The notes beneath the pieces are model-generated. The model was given only the letters and a program-made list of their open reading frames with translations, was not told the origin of the DNA and searched no databases. Of a stretch of DNA of 64,000 nt, positions 35,011 to 45,243 are shown in pieces. The number at the start of each line of letters is the position of its first letter. Position 1 is the stretch's first letter. The stretch lies in the sequence record PV261924.1, one strand, 5' to 3'. A program made the position numbers and the translations under genes.

Positions 35011-35229
35011 TTATTCTTCGGTCTCTTCTTCAGCTTCACCATAAGAAGCTTCAGTTTCGATCTCTTCTTCTGCCTCAACTTCAGGTGCATCAAAGATAGA
35101 TGCTGCTACGTTGGGACGGTTTGCTTCAATCTTTTCTGCACTTTTAGCAAAAAGGATATCCTTGATTTTATCACTAATTTGTGATGAAGACTCGTCGGGA
35201 CTGACGAGCATATCCATAAGTTCGTCCAT
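35011..35229 (-). CDS. Small acidic prohead-core-like protein
   Basis: Position after gp20 (gp67-like slot); acidic tail. Confidence 0.65.
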   Translation of the reverse strand: MDELMDMLVSPDESSSQISDKIKDILFAKSAEKIEANRPNVAASIFDAPEVEAEEEIETEASYGEAEEETEE

Positions 35230-35255
35230 AAAAATAATGTATCTACAATTTGTAT

Positions 35256-36938
35256 TTAGATTTCACCACCAGGAGGATTCTTAGTTGTCCCAGGAGCCTC
35301 TGGATCTTTAGGTGAAGTTGGTGCCTGCATTGGGTCAATTGGTGCACCACCTGCAGGAGGCATACCAGGTGCTGGTGGCATACCTGTCATTGGATCAACC
35401 ATAGCATTAGGATCAGGAATTACACCATTTTCAATTTCCTTCTCAATCAATTCATCCTGTTCAATAATCTCTTCATCAGTCTGACGGAGAATATTTCTTC
35501 TTACATAATCCTGTGAGTAATACTTACCAACATAAGGTTCTGCAAGAGCAGCAAGGTTCAGTCTTTCAGTAGTGAGTTCTGCATTCTTGAGTTCTGCAAA
35601 ATGATTGTCATACAGGAAGTCATACTGAATATGATCCGCCATGTACTCCCAATCTTCAGGAGTGACAATATTCTTCAGAATCAATTGTGTTCTCAACATG
35701 TCACTGAACATTGCTGAGAATCTCTTTCTCATTCTACCAACAAACTTGGAGAACTTGATTTCATCTCTCAAGATTTCGGAAGAACGACCCATTGAAAAAC
35801 CAGTGTCACCTTCGATTCTGGTCTCAGGAACATTCAGAGCTCTGTAGAGTTTTCTCTGGAAGTAGTTAATATCAGTAATTTCACCAAGATTTTGACCACC
35901 TGGAAGTGTAGTAATCTCAGTACCACGACCACCTTCTCTTCTAGGAAGCCAGAAGTCTTCCATCATGGACATAAACTTCTTGTCATCACGCATCTCACCA
36001 GTGTTTGCGTCATAGACCATCTTGTTTCTATAACGCATCATGACATCACGAAGGTATTGTTCTGCCTTTACCTTAGGAAGATTGCCAACGTCAATGTAGA
36101 AAATTCTACGTTCTGGTGCTCTTGAAAGTCTGTAGATAACCAATGAATCCTCAATCATCATTAACTGATTGAGTGGTTTGATTGCCTTATGCATCCAGGA
36201 CAATGTGATTCCTTTGTTTCTATCTACCAAACCAGAAGTACAATAGGTGACAGAATCACGGGTCATCTTGATACCCTTTTGTGGATTCCCACCATAACCA
36301 GCACGGGATGTTCCCATGTCTGGTGTGTACATGAAGAACTCTTCTACCTCTGGAAAGTTAAATGCAAGATTGTTTGATGCACCAAAGTCATCTCTTGCCT
36401 GTTGAAGACTATCTTTACCCTGTTTCTTCAACTTACGGACATATCTAATCTTAGATGCGTCAATATATCTGAGTTCTTGAATACCTTCTTGAGGATTCTT
36501 TTGGTCGATGACCTTGTTATAGTAGAGTCTTCCGTCAATATACCAGTTACGGAAAATCTCATGTGCCTTCTTATCAAAGTCAAGAAGTTCGAGAATATAA
36601 CTAAACTCTTCTCTTACAATCTTTTTGATTTTATCACTGGCATTCAGATTGGACAGTTCAATCTTTACAGGTGAATCGTTTGTATCAGATACAATTGCTT
36701 CGTTTACAATATCTTCAATCGCACTATCACACTCTGGATAGAGTGCCATCTGTCTATATCTTCTGATGAGATCGGTCTCATTTTTGTAGAGACCCTCAAT
36801 ATCTAAGTTATAACTACCAAAAAACCCACTACTAGCGAAGTTCTCAGATCCATCTTGATTAGAGGGTGGAATCGGAGAGACTACGCCAGAAGGGGTCTTT
36901 TCGCTATCTTCAATTGAAAAACCAAATAATCTGGCCAT
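35256..36938 (-). CDS. 20: Portal protein gp20
   Basis: WYIDGRL, RAPERRIFYIDVGNLP, EDFWLPRREGGRGTEI. Confidence 0.97.
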   Translation of the reverse strand: MARLFGFSIEDSEKTPSGVVSPIPPSNQDGSENFASSGFFGSYNLDIEGLYKNETDLIRRYRQMALYPECDSAIEDIVNEAIVSDTNDSPVKIELSNLNASDKIKKIVREEFSYILELLDFDKKAHEIFRNWYIDGRLYYNKVIDQKNPQEGIQELRYIDASKIRYVRKLKKQGKDSLQQARDDFGASNNLAFNFPEVEEFFMYTPDMGTSRAGYGGNPQKGIKMTRDSVTYCTSGLVDRNKGITLSWMHKAIKPLNQLMMIEDSLVIYRLSRAPERRIFYIDVGNLPKVKAEQYLRDVMMRYRNKMVYDANTGEMRDDKKFMSMMEDFWLPRREGGRGTEITTLPGGQNLGEITDINYFQRKLYRALNVPETRIEGDTGFSMGRSSEILRDEIKFSKFVGRMRKRFSAMFSDMLRTQLILKNIVTPEDWEYMADHIQYDFLYDNHFAELKNAELTTERLNLAALAEPYVGKYYSQDYVRRNILRQTDEEIIEQDELIEKEIENGVIPDPNAMVDPMTGMPPAPGMPPAGGAPIDPMQAPTSPKDPEAPGTTKNPPGGEI

Positions 36939-36973
36939 TATGATTAAACTAGACTGTCTTGTCTAGTTATTTA

Positions 36974-37606
36974 TCACTCAATCAGAACTTCACCAGCGTT
37001 AGAACCAGTAGACTGCAGTGAGTTGCCGATAGTGAAATACTGAATATCGAATTCAACATCGAAAGTTTCGAGTTGATCACCGTCGTCATAGCTCAGTGCA
37101 ATCTCACTAATTCTGGTTGGGAAGATGTCATAGAACTTATAAGTTCTCAGGACTGCTGAATTACCACCTTCATTAGTGGTGGCAAATCTCTCAGCACCTC
37201 TACCCAGTTGAGTGACATATGCATCAGTCATATAAGATGATGGGTTGGTAACACCAGTTGCATCATCCAGTTTACTGATGGTATTTGCCCATCTTTCAAA
37301 CGCAGTTCTGAGTTGGAAGTCCTCATCATTGATGATTGTAACTGTCCAGGCATCAAACGTTCTGTCACCAGCAACCTTCAGATTTCTACCTCTGAAAGGA
37401 ACTTGGAAAGAGCTGGTGTTTGAAGCAGGAAGTTGTGCAGCCTTACAAAGGAACTTGAAGGTTCCATTTTCTGACTGATCACCACTACCCCATGCATCAG
37501 CAATTGCTGATGGGAAGGTAGGAATCGAGACTTCGAATAGGTTGGGGCGGGCCCCTCCGCCCGCCAGTCTTGATTTAAATTGTGATAGGGTTTTTGTTTC
37601 TGCCAT
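36974..37606 (-). CDS. 19: Tail tube protein gp19
   Basis: GGARPNLF, FRGR.LKVAGDRTFD.WTVT.IND. Confidence 0.95.
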   Translation of the reverse strand: MAETKTLSQFKSRLAGGGARPNLFEVSIPTFPSAIADAWGSGDQSENGTFKFLCKAAQLPASNTSSFQVPFRGRNLKVAGDRTFDAWTVTIINDEDFQLRTAFERWANTISKLDDATGVTNPSSYMTDAYVTQLGRGAERFATTNEGGNSAVLRTYKFYDIFPTRISEIALSYDDGDQLETFDVEFDIQYFTIGNSLQSTGSNAGEVLIE

Positions 37607-37637
37607 TGGTAAATCCTCCTTTTATTATTTACTATAA

Positions 37638-40067
37638 TCAAACAGTCCCTACAACTTCCTGGAAGTCAACACCAGTTCTGGTGGCAACGAATGTCAGGGT
37701 GATGTAGTTGATGGACTTGGTTGGCTTCAGGAAGATGTCAGCTCTGAACTCATTGTTATCAATGATGTCAGGTGTGTTGTTTGTTTCGTCACAAACTACG
37801 AGGAAGTCATACAGACCTCTCTTCGCCTGAACATCTCTAAGGTATGGTTCAACAATGTTCACGAAATTAGCTCTCGTGTTGTCATCATTGAGTTCAAAGA
37901 GTTGTGAGTTAGCAGCACCCTCAAGTGCTTGTTCTACTGTAAGGAACAATCTTCTTACGTTGATTCTGTCGAACGCAGATGAGTAAGCCAGAGCTGTCTT
38001 ATCACCAAAGAGAACAATACCAGAACCCCTCTGAGAAATGATGGAGTTGATTCTTGCTCCGTAGAGCTCATCTCTTTGATTCTTCGATGGGTTATATGCC
38101 ATCTTGACTGCGTTATTCAGGTTTCCTCTCTGGAGACCAGCAGGTGAGAACCATGGATAAGCTTCAATAGAAGTTCTGACACAAAGACCAGCAACGTCAC
38201 CGTTAGTTGGGATGTAACGGAATTGGTTGTTGAATCTGTCGAAGGTGTACTTATAACCTGTGTCGAAGATCGCGTAAGACGAAGATGACAATGGGCTATA
38301 GAACTGAAGTACGTTCTGTGTTTGAGTAGCAGAGCTGGTTACATTAACAACGTTATCTCTGTGTGGGGAGATAGTTGCAATACAATCCTTTCTACCTTCT
38401 GCAAGAGAAATCAGATAGTTAGCTTTTGCTTGTGACTGACTTTCGACTGCAAGACCTGGACCCATGAGGAGGTAGTCAACGGCAATCTCATCCTTATCAG
38501 CAAACAGTTGGTAACCATTTACCAAGTCAGAAAGGTCAGCACTCATACCCTTGTTAGCACTGTAGTCAACACCACCCAAGAGTGTGTAACTTACATTACC
38601 GATAGAGGAGAACTTAGTAGCTAAAGCTTCCTGACCCCAGAGACCTTCGGATACGGTATATGGAGTGAAGTTAGTAGAGAACCCAGATGCAGTTGGAAGT
38701 GTATTCCAATAAGTATCTTCAGCTTGTGATGGGTTATAACCAGCAAAGATGAAGTTGGAGTTCAGTGCGATGTAATCCTTATAGTAGGTCTTAGTTGGAT
38801 TGTCGCCATCCGCGACTGCGTCTTGTGCTTTAGACAGAGATGTGAAGGTCTCAAGGATGTTACCCTGAACACCAGTTACGTCTCCAGTGTCATCAACAAC
38901 AACGACGTGAATACCATCATTCTTACCACCTCTAGAGGTGACATACTGGTTATCAACAGGTCTCTCTGCAACGTTTCTCCAGTAAACTGTTGAGTTGGTA
39001 AGACCCAGTGTCTGTTCACCGTACCAATCCTTAACTGCGCCAGCGGTAACTGTACCACTTGCCGTTCCCGAATTGTTGGTAACATTAAGAATGTCAGCTT
39101 CAACGAATGATGCTGCTTGGTTGTACTGTTGATAAGTAACAGGAGTAACTGTACCAGCGGTAGAAACCAGGTTCTGGAAGGTAACTGCTGTACCTACAGT
39201 TGGGAGTGAAGCTGCAATACCAGCAGACAATGTGACTGAAGTGTCAGCAACGAAACCAGTAATTTTGATTGAACCACTACCAGGAGCCAAGAAATAATTG
39301 CCAGTTGTAATACCTGATGTGCTGTTTACACTAACGATTGTAGTACCAGCAGCTCCAGTTGCAGAAGTAGTTGTAACACCGATAGTCAGATAATCTTCGG
39401 AGGTTGGGAATACTCTCTCAAGAACTCTAACTTCGATTGTGCTGTTACCGTTCTGTGCGTCAGTGTTAACACCTGTGATGATACCCTTGAGGTGACCAGA
39501 GAAAGAATTAACTGCACCAGCTTCAGGGATTGATATGCTGTTTCTAGCAGCAGATACACCGTAACCAACAACCAGGTTTGATGCACCAGGGTTAGTAGTA
39601 GCAACACTGACGATTTGGTCAGACTTGTTATCGATGGTACAAACCTTCAGGCTGTTAGCCCATGTACCAGGGTTTCTTGATGCCCAGTAGTAACTTGTGT
39701 CACTTCTATGATTGAGTTCATAGTCATCAACGTTTTCGATAATAAGACCAGTTGTTGATGCTGCACCAACACCTGCATTACCGTTGTTCAGACTTGTGCC
39801 AGATACTCTGACAACTTTGAGGATTCCACCATAAGAGAGGAATGAATTACCTGTCATCCAGTACTCATACTGTCTGTCAGTGCCAATTGGCTGACCAAAA
39901 GTATCCAGGAATTGTTGTTGTGTCTCAATGGTAATTGGTTCGTTTACAGGTCCGATTGGGAATGGACCAGCAATTGCACCAATGTTGTCAAGAACGTTCT
40001 CAGCTCTTCCAACAGTTAAGTCAACTTCCCTGACTAATACTCCTGGAGATAATTGAGGAGTAGCCAT
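37638..40067 (-). CDS. 18: Tail sheath protein gp18
   Basis: SPGVLVREVD, PWFSPAG, FDRINVRRLF, FLKPTKSINYI. Confidence 0.96.
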   Translation of the reverse strand: MATPQLSPGVLVREVDLTVGRAENVLDNIGAIAGPFPIGPVNEPITIETQQQFLDTFGQPIGTDRQYEYWMTGNSFLSYGGILKVVRVSGTSLNNGNAGVGAASTTGLIIENVDDYELNHRSDTSYYWASRNPGTWANSLKVCTIDNKSDQIVSVATTNPGASNLVVGYGVSAARNSISIPEAGAVNSFSGHLKGIITGVNTDAQNGNSTIEVRVLERVFPTSEDYLTIGVTTTSATGAAGTTIVSVNSTSGITTGNYFLAPGSGSIKITGFVADTSVTLSAGIAASLPTVGTAVTFQNLVSTAGTVTPVTYQQYNQAASFVEADILNVTNNSGTASGTVTAGAVKDWYGEQTLGLTNSTVYWRNVAERPVDNQYVTSRGGKNDGIHVVVVDDTGDVTGVQGNILETFTSLSKAQDAVADGDNPTKTYYKDYIALNSNFIFAGYNPSQAEDTYWNTLPTASGFSTNFTPYTVSEGLWGQEALATKFSSIGNVSYTLLGGVDYSANKGMSADLSDLVNGYQLFADKDEIAVDYLLMGPGLAVESQSQAKANYLISLAEGRKDCIATISPHRDNVVNVTSSATQTQNVLQFYSPLSSSSYAIFDTGYKYTFDRFNNQFRYIPTNGDVAGLCVRTSIEAYPWFSPAGLQRGNLNNAVKMAYNPSKNQRDELYGARINSIISQRGSGIVLFGDKTALAYSSAFDRINVRRLFLTVEQALEGAANSQLFELNDDNTRANFVNIVEPYLRDVQAKRGLYDFLVVCDETNNTPDIIDNNEFRADIFLKPTKSINYITLTFVATRTGVDFQEVVGTV

Positions 40068-40148
40068 GTTTTCTCTCTCCTATGGGTCTCAGTTTAACTA
40101 CTAATATTTAGAAATTTGACTGTTTTGAGAGGGTAAACATGACGTAAA

Positions 40149-40379
40149 CTACCAATCTGGATATTCCCACCGAGACTTTGGACACTTATCCTTCTTTCTC
40201 TCTTTGACACCTTCAATAAAACACTCTTTACAGATATAAGAATACGACGATGGGACTGCTCCTCTATCCTTCCTTGTTCTATAAAAACCATCCACAAGGT
40301 TCTTGACTTCGCCACAACTCTTACACTTTCTATCAGTCAGAAAGAGATGATTGAGTTCTAGTTGTTCGTCAAGGTTCAT
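40149..40379 (-). CDS. Small CxxC...CxxC zinc-finger protein
   Basis: RKCKSCGE...ICKEC. Confidence 0.75.
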   Translation of the reverse strand: MNLDEQLELNHLFLTDRKCKSCGEVKNLVDGFYRTRKDRGAVPSSYSYICKECFIEGVKERKKDKCPKSRWEYPDW

Positions 40380-42046
40380 TAGTAATTAGTCCAAAGTGTC
40401 CATCCACCAGCATTGGTACCATACTCATCATATGGACTTGCTGTAGACCACCTATCACCATCTGTGTCAACGAAAGACCCTTCATCGAGACCATCATTCA
40501 TAAAACCAAATGGTGCCATGTCTTGTTCAATCTGGTTCTTCTGTTCTTCATATAATCTCTTTCTAACATCCTGGTCAGTCAACTCTTTGAAGTAGTCCTG
40601 AGCAACTAACCATGCATAGATAACCAGACACATTGCAAGGTCATCATTACAACCTTCTTCTGCCTCGAATGAGTTTCCTTTAGAGATAAAGGTTGTCAGT
40701 TCTGAGATAATCTCATAGTCATTGAATATGAGTTTATTCTCCTCAATCATTGTCTTGAGGTTAAGTGCACCAACCTTTTTGACAGTCTTTGACATCTTGA
40801 CACCAAGTTGGGTTTTTGTACCAGAGAAACCCTGACCAACAACCTGACCTGCTCTACCTCTCATTGCACACATGAGTAAGTTCTGATATTCTAAGTCGTA
40901 CTGAAGAATTGACGCAATCTGGTCTCCGATATCATTGACCTCACAGAGAATGAATGCATTGTTATATGACTTTGCAATCTCCCAAATAATGTTGGGAAAC
41001 AACATCGGTTTGATGGTATTATTACGATACTTTGCTACTATCTTATGGGGAAAAGTTGTGATATCAGCGACGATAAATGCAGAGTAGTCTTCTCCAACAC
41101 CTCTAGCGACATCAACAGTAACCACATAGTCATGGTCTGATTTTGGTTCTTCATGGACATCTAATCCAGCACTCTGTTTGATTGGGTTATCGTATACAAG
41201 AGTTTTCAGTTTACTGGGTGCAATCAGTGTATCGACAGAACCAAGGAACTCACACTCAAACTCAATTTTGAATTGTTGTTCAGACGTGTTCTTAATAGTC
41301 TGTTCTTTCCAGACTTCGTCCCTTCCAGGGACTTCAGACCAATGAACGTCTGTTGGTATATATTCATTCTTACCTTTTTCGGCATCATGCCACATACGGT
41401 AGAAATGATTCATACCGTGTGGGGTAGAGACGATAATTACTTTCGTTGATTTACCAGAAGTAATAGTAGGATAAACAGAGGCAAAGAAGGCATCTGCAAT
41501 ATGGTTTGGAACGAACGCAAATTCGTCGAGGAAGAGAATGTTAAACGACATGCCTCGGACAGCACTTGCAGACGTAGAAGCAGCCAGTATCTTTGAGCCA
41601 TTTTCTAATTCAATGTTACCTTTGTTCCATACAAGAATACCTTGTTGCATCCATTTAGGAAGGTTCTCATATGCTGTTGCTAGTCTACCTAACAATTCAC
41701 GAGCTGTCGTGGCTTTGTTTGCTAGGATACCAATATTAACACTATCGTTGAAAATAGCATAATGTAAAAGATAAGATACACAAGTAGTGGACTTACCTGT
41801 CTGTCGTGGCATTTTACAGATGTTAAATCTGTTGTTGTGGAAGTTGTTGATAAGTTTTTCTTGGAATTCATAAGTCTTAAATGGTTGAAGACCATGGTCC
41901 AAGGTCACAATCTGTACATAGTTTTGTGCAAAGTAAACTGGGTCTTCCTTACACTTAATGTATTCCTCAATCTGTTCTTTAGTAAACTCAATTGGGGTAT
42001 TCGCCTTCTTGAGAAGAGGATTACCCAAATATACATCATTACTCAT
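40379..42046 (-). CDS. 17: Terminase large subunit gp17
   Basis: PRQTGKST, LDEFAF, STPHG, VDVARG, DDLAM. Confidence 0.97.
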   Translation of the reverse strand: MSNDVYLGNPLLKKANTPIEFTKEQIEEYIKCKEDPVYFAQNYVQIVTLDHGLQPFKTYEFQEKLINNFHNNRFNICKMPRQTGKSTTCVSYLLHYAIFNDSVNIGILANKATTARELLGRLATAYENLPKWMQQGILVWNKGNIELENGSKILAASTSASAVRGMSFNILFLDEFAFVPNHIADAFFASVYPTITSGKSTKVIIVSTPHGMNHFYRMWHDAEKGKNEYIPTDVHWSEVPGRDEVWKEQTIKNTSEQQFKIEFECEFLGSVDTLIAPSKLKTLVYDNPIKQSAGLDVHEEPKSDHDYVVTVDVARGVGEDYSAFIVADITTFPHKIVAKYRNNTIKPMLFPNIIWEIAKSYNNAFILCEVNDIGDQIASILQYDLEYQNLLMCAMRGRAGQVVGQGFSGTKTQLGVKMSKTVKKVGALNLKTMIEENKLIFNDYEIISELTTFISKGNSFEAEEGCNDDLAMCLVIYAWLVAQDYFKELTDQDVRKRLYEEQKNQIEQDMAPFGFMNDGLDEGSFVDTDGDRWSTASPYDEYGTNAGGWTLWTNY

Positions 42047-42052
42047 AAAAAA

Positions 42053-43612
42053 TCAATCCTCAATAAAAGTAACAGCACATTCTGCCCTTTGTAGGTTAGA
42101 ATCAGAAGAAATTGCCATTGTAAGTGTTCTTTGTGGTGGTAAAACAATTCTTAGTGACTCAAGATCAATTGTTTCTGGAGCACCGTTTGTGACACAAAAT
42201 ACTGCTATTGGTTCTCCACCAATAATTTGAGCATCAGATCTTGAATATGATGATGCATTTCCAAGAGGTTCATAATCAAGAGGATTGTCAGTTGGAGCAT
42301 CAAGATATAAGTATAGAAAACAAGGTGCTGTTGATGATGCTGTTGTTAGAGCACTTACTTTTTTGATTAAGAGTTCTCTCTGATTAATTTTATTATTGTC
42401 AATCAAACCACTCTTTAAACTTAAAAGATGGTATTTTATGTTAGTGGTATTCATTCCACCAGTCTTTGATCTAAAGGCAGCGATTGGATTAGTTGTTGTA
42501 TTCACAAGACCTTCAATCGCACCCATCATAGATGCGCCAGATACTGTTACACCAGTACCAGTATTGCCATCTAATTCAGCAGCTACATAACCAATTTTGA
42601 GTGATGGATTATCTAAGTGGACATTATTATTTTGGTTAGTATAATGAATATGATGGACAGGCATAATATCGCCAGTTTGTTGATTCTCAACAGCTAGTCT
42701 TATTTCACCAACACCCAACCAACGATAATTAATTTGATATACATTTAACTTTGTTGGATCTATTTTCATATTAGATGGATTTGTACTTCCACCAACACCA
42801 GTTAAAGTATCGTGATTCCAATCTTCTTGGTATGTCCATTCATTTGTTTGATTTACTCCTACCTGAGAGGTTGATCCTGTTGCTACAAGATCACCATCAC
42901 TTACGATTGAAAATGTTCCTGATAATGGACCAACAGTTGTAGATAAGAAATCTAGATATCCATTTTTACGATCAACTATCCATCCATTATATGTGTGTGT
43001 TCCAATACCAGTTGCATTTTGAGTTGATGTTCCTGCACCAATACTAACAGTGGTTGCAATTCCAGCAAGTGTTACTGTAATATTTTCTGTACCACTCGCT
43101 GGTGTTGTGATGAGAAATCTGTGAATATGTGCCTTACCACCATTCGCTCTTAAAAAACCAAACTTTCCTTCAGTGCTGTATCCGACCTGAAGTGCTTGTT
43201 CTTGAGAGAAGAAACCTGCTCTTTGTGTATACCCTGTTGCAATACCAGAAAACTGTGCTGTAAATCTTCCAAGAGCACCTTGTCCTGGACGATATCTTAC
43301 TGCTCTTTTAGAACGAATAACACCATACCCATAAGCACCAGTTCCACTTTCAACTTGCATGAGAGTTGAAGAAGTGGTTATACCAGTCCCATTTGTAAAT
43401 AATTCAAACCTATCTGAGTTTAAACCATATATGGCATCAAGTTGAAATATTGGATAAATTTGAGAGACAATTTGTTCTCCAAATGCACCACTTCCACTTG
43501 CAGTTCCACCACAGTTATCAATGTTGCCGTATCTGTCGGCACACATGTATACTTCAAATAAACTTCTTTCTTGGTTTAGATAATCTTGATTAATCTTATT
43601 CCACTGAGCCAT
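42053..43612 (-). CDS. Hypothetical beta-rich (probably virion) protein, 519 aa
   Basis: ORF track; Gly/Thr-rich; located in the gp16-gp17 insertion. Confidence 0.75.
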   Translation of the reverse strand: MAQWNKINQDYLNQERSLFEVYMCADRYGNIDNCGGTASGSGAFGEQIVSQIYPIFQLDAIYGLNSDRFELFTNGTGITTSSTLMQVESGTGAYGYGVIRSKRAVRYRPGQGALGRFTAQFSGIATGYTQRAGFFSQEQALQVGYSTEGKFGFLRANGGKAHIHRFLITTPASGTENITVTLAGIATTVSIGAGTSTQNATGIGTHTYNGWIVDRKNGYLDFLSTTVGPLSGTFSIVSDGDLVATGSTSQVGVNQTNEWTYQEDWNHDTLTGVGGSTNPSNMKIDPTKLNVYQINYRWLGVGEIRLAVENQQTGDIMPVHHIHYTNQNNNVHLDNPSLKIGYVAAELDGNTGTGVTVSGASMMGAIEGLVNTTTNPIAAFRSKTGGMNTTNIKYHLLSLKSGLIDNNKINQRELLIKKVSALTTASSTAPCFLYLYLDAPTDNPLDYEPLGNASSYSRSDAQIIGGEPIAVFCVTNGAPETIDLESLRIVLPPQRTLTMAISSDSNLQRAECAVTFIED

Positions 43613-43615
43613 AAT

Positions 43616-43933
43616 TTATACCCAATCTAATTTTGCTGGATGATACCTTTTATCGTCTTTAATCTTTATTGATTTATCAGAGTTTTCTCTCACATAAATC
43701 TGTTGAACAATTGCACCAGGATACTCATCTTGAAGAAACTCTGCAAGTTGATTTCTTGATGGAATACCATTTTCAGTAACCATAGAAATTCTATGAATAC
43801 TACCTTGATACATTACATCTGCAGAAAACTCTTCACCTACACTTTGAGTGTTTGAATCGGAACCATTTACGATAAGTGTGTCAACATGTTGAATATTGAC
43901 ACTTTCTTGAAGAAAATCTTGAAAACTTTTCAT
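43616..43933 (-). CDS. Hypothetical protein, 105 aa
   Basis: ORF track; MKSFQDFLQES start. Confidence 0.75.
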   Translation of the reverse strand: MKSFQDFLQESVNIQHVDTLIVNGSDSNTQSVGEEFSADVMYQGSIHRISMVTENGIPSRNQLAEFLQDEYPGAIVQQIYVRENSDKSIKIKDDKRYHPAKLDWV

Positions 43934-43934
43934 A

Positions 43935-45227
43935 TCAACAGTTCCATGCTCTAAGGGACTTATTGATTCTGCTATCGGGATCGTTAGCAGTTTTGGAAGA
44001 AGTCAATTTCTTCTTCATACCTTTCATTCTTGCACAGAAAGATGCTCTTCTCTTATTACCAACTTTCTTTGATGGTGCTTTTAAATCAGAGCCAGGGTTA
44101 TCTCTCTCGTAGGACTTACGACCCTTCTCATTTAATCCTCCCTCTTTGTTTTGTCCCTCTTTACGAGTCCAGGCTGCTCCTTCCGAGACTTCCATAGAAC
44201 CATCATCATTAGTGCTTACTTCTTTAGCATTCTCATCCCAGTAGGAACCACCATATGTACAGTCAGATCTAGTTTCCAACTTCTTACACTTTGGACAATA
44301 CTTTAACTCACTCCCTTCTTTTACACCAACATTCAGAACTGCATCTGTAGGTTGGAATGTTGTAAGGTCAAATCTTTGAACCATACAACCTGGATAGACT
44401 TTTGCAAGTGCATCCTGAACTTCATTTCTTGATGGTTTCTTCACTTCAGGGAAGAAGAGCTTCATCATCATATACTTACCTCTCCAGGTAAATGCTACAG
44501 CATAAACATTGCCAGTCTGTGCTGGAACTCTGGTTGACTCCTCAATGGCATCTTTGAGTGGAAGTTCACCTTTGAGTTTTGCAATAACTTGTTCTCTCAC
44601 ACTTCCCTTTGGTACACAGTTAGGGACCATACGGTTACCCTTTTTCTTCATACCTCTTTGTTCGTGGGTTTTCCAACAAGCTTCATCAACAACTTCTACT
44701 TCAATACCATTCTTTCTCATGGCATCGATTTGGAGTTCTGTGAACTCAGGGAGTGCCAAGAACTCTTCTTTCTTGGTTGAACTACCCCAGTTTTTAGCAC
44801 CCTTCTTGCGACACTTTACCAATGCCCCAGAAGCATATGCAGAAGGCCATACGGAATAACGTGACTTGACCTTATGGTAACAAGCATCTTTCTTGCCCGA
44901 ACCCTTACCCTTCTTATCCTCTTCGTTAAAGGTTTCTTCTTTCATTTTCTTCTTAGGTTTGTCGGTTGAAACGTAAGTTGGTTTTGCAGCACCACTCTTT
45001 TGTTGTTGATTGGGGTCTGCAGCCTTCTTTCTTCTTTGAGCAGATTTTCTTTCTGCAGGAGTCATACTCGCTCTTTTAGATGAAGAAACACACTTTGGTG
45101 TACCCTCACCAGGTTCATCACTTGCACAGGTACCACCTGTCACAACATTAACCCAACCACTTTTACCATCTTTAGATTTGGATCCTTTGAACCACTTGTG
45201 GAGATTACCTTCCTGCATTTTGATCAA
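43935..45227 (-). CDS. Modular Lys-rich hypothetical protein, 430 aa
   Basis: Short basic modules (WPSAYASGALVKCRK; CWK...VPNCVP; GGLNEKGR...SFCARM) separated by EE linkers. Confidence 0.8.
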   Translation of the reverse strand: MIKMQEGNLHKWFKGSKSKDGKSGWVNVVTGGTCASDEPGEGTPKCVSSSKRASMTPAERKSAQRRKKAADPNQQQKSGAAKPTYVSTDKPKKKMKEETFNEEDKKGKGSGKKDACYHKVKSRYSVWPSAYASGALVKCRKKGAKNWGSSTKKEEFLALPEFTELQIDAMRKNGIEVEVVDEACWKTHEQRGMKKKGNRMVPNCVPKGSVREQVIAKLKGELPLKDAIEESTRVPAQTGNVYAVAFTWRGKYMMMKLFFPEVKKPSRNEVQDALAKVYPGCMVQRFDLTTFQPTDAVLNVGVKEGSELKYCPKCKKLETRSDCTYGGSYWDENAKEVSTNDDGSMEVSEGAAWTRKEGQNKEGGLNEKGRKSYERDNPGSDLKAPSKKVGNKRRASFCARMKGMKKKLTSSKTANDPDSRINKSLRAWNC

Positions 45228-45243
45228 AGATTTTAATTATTTA

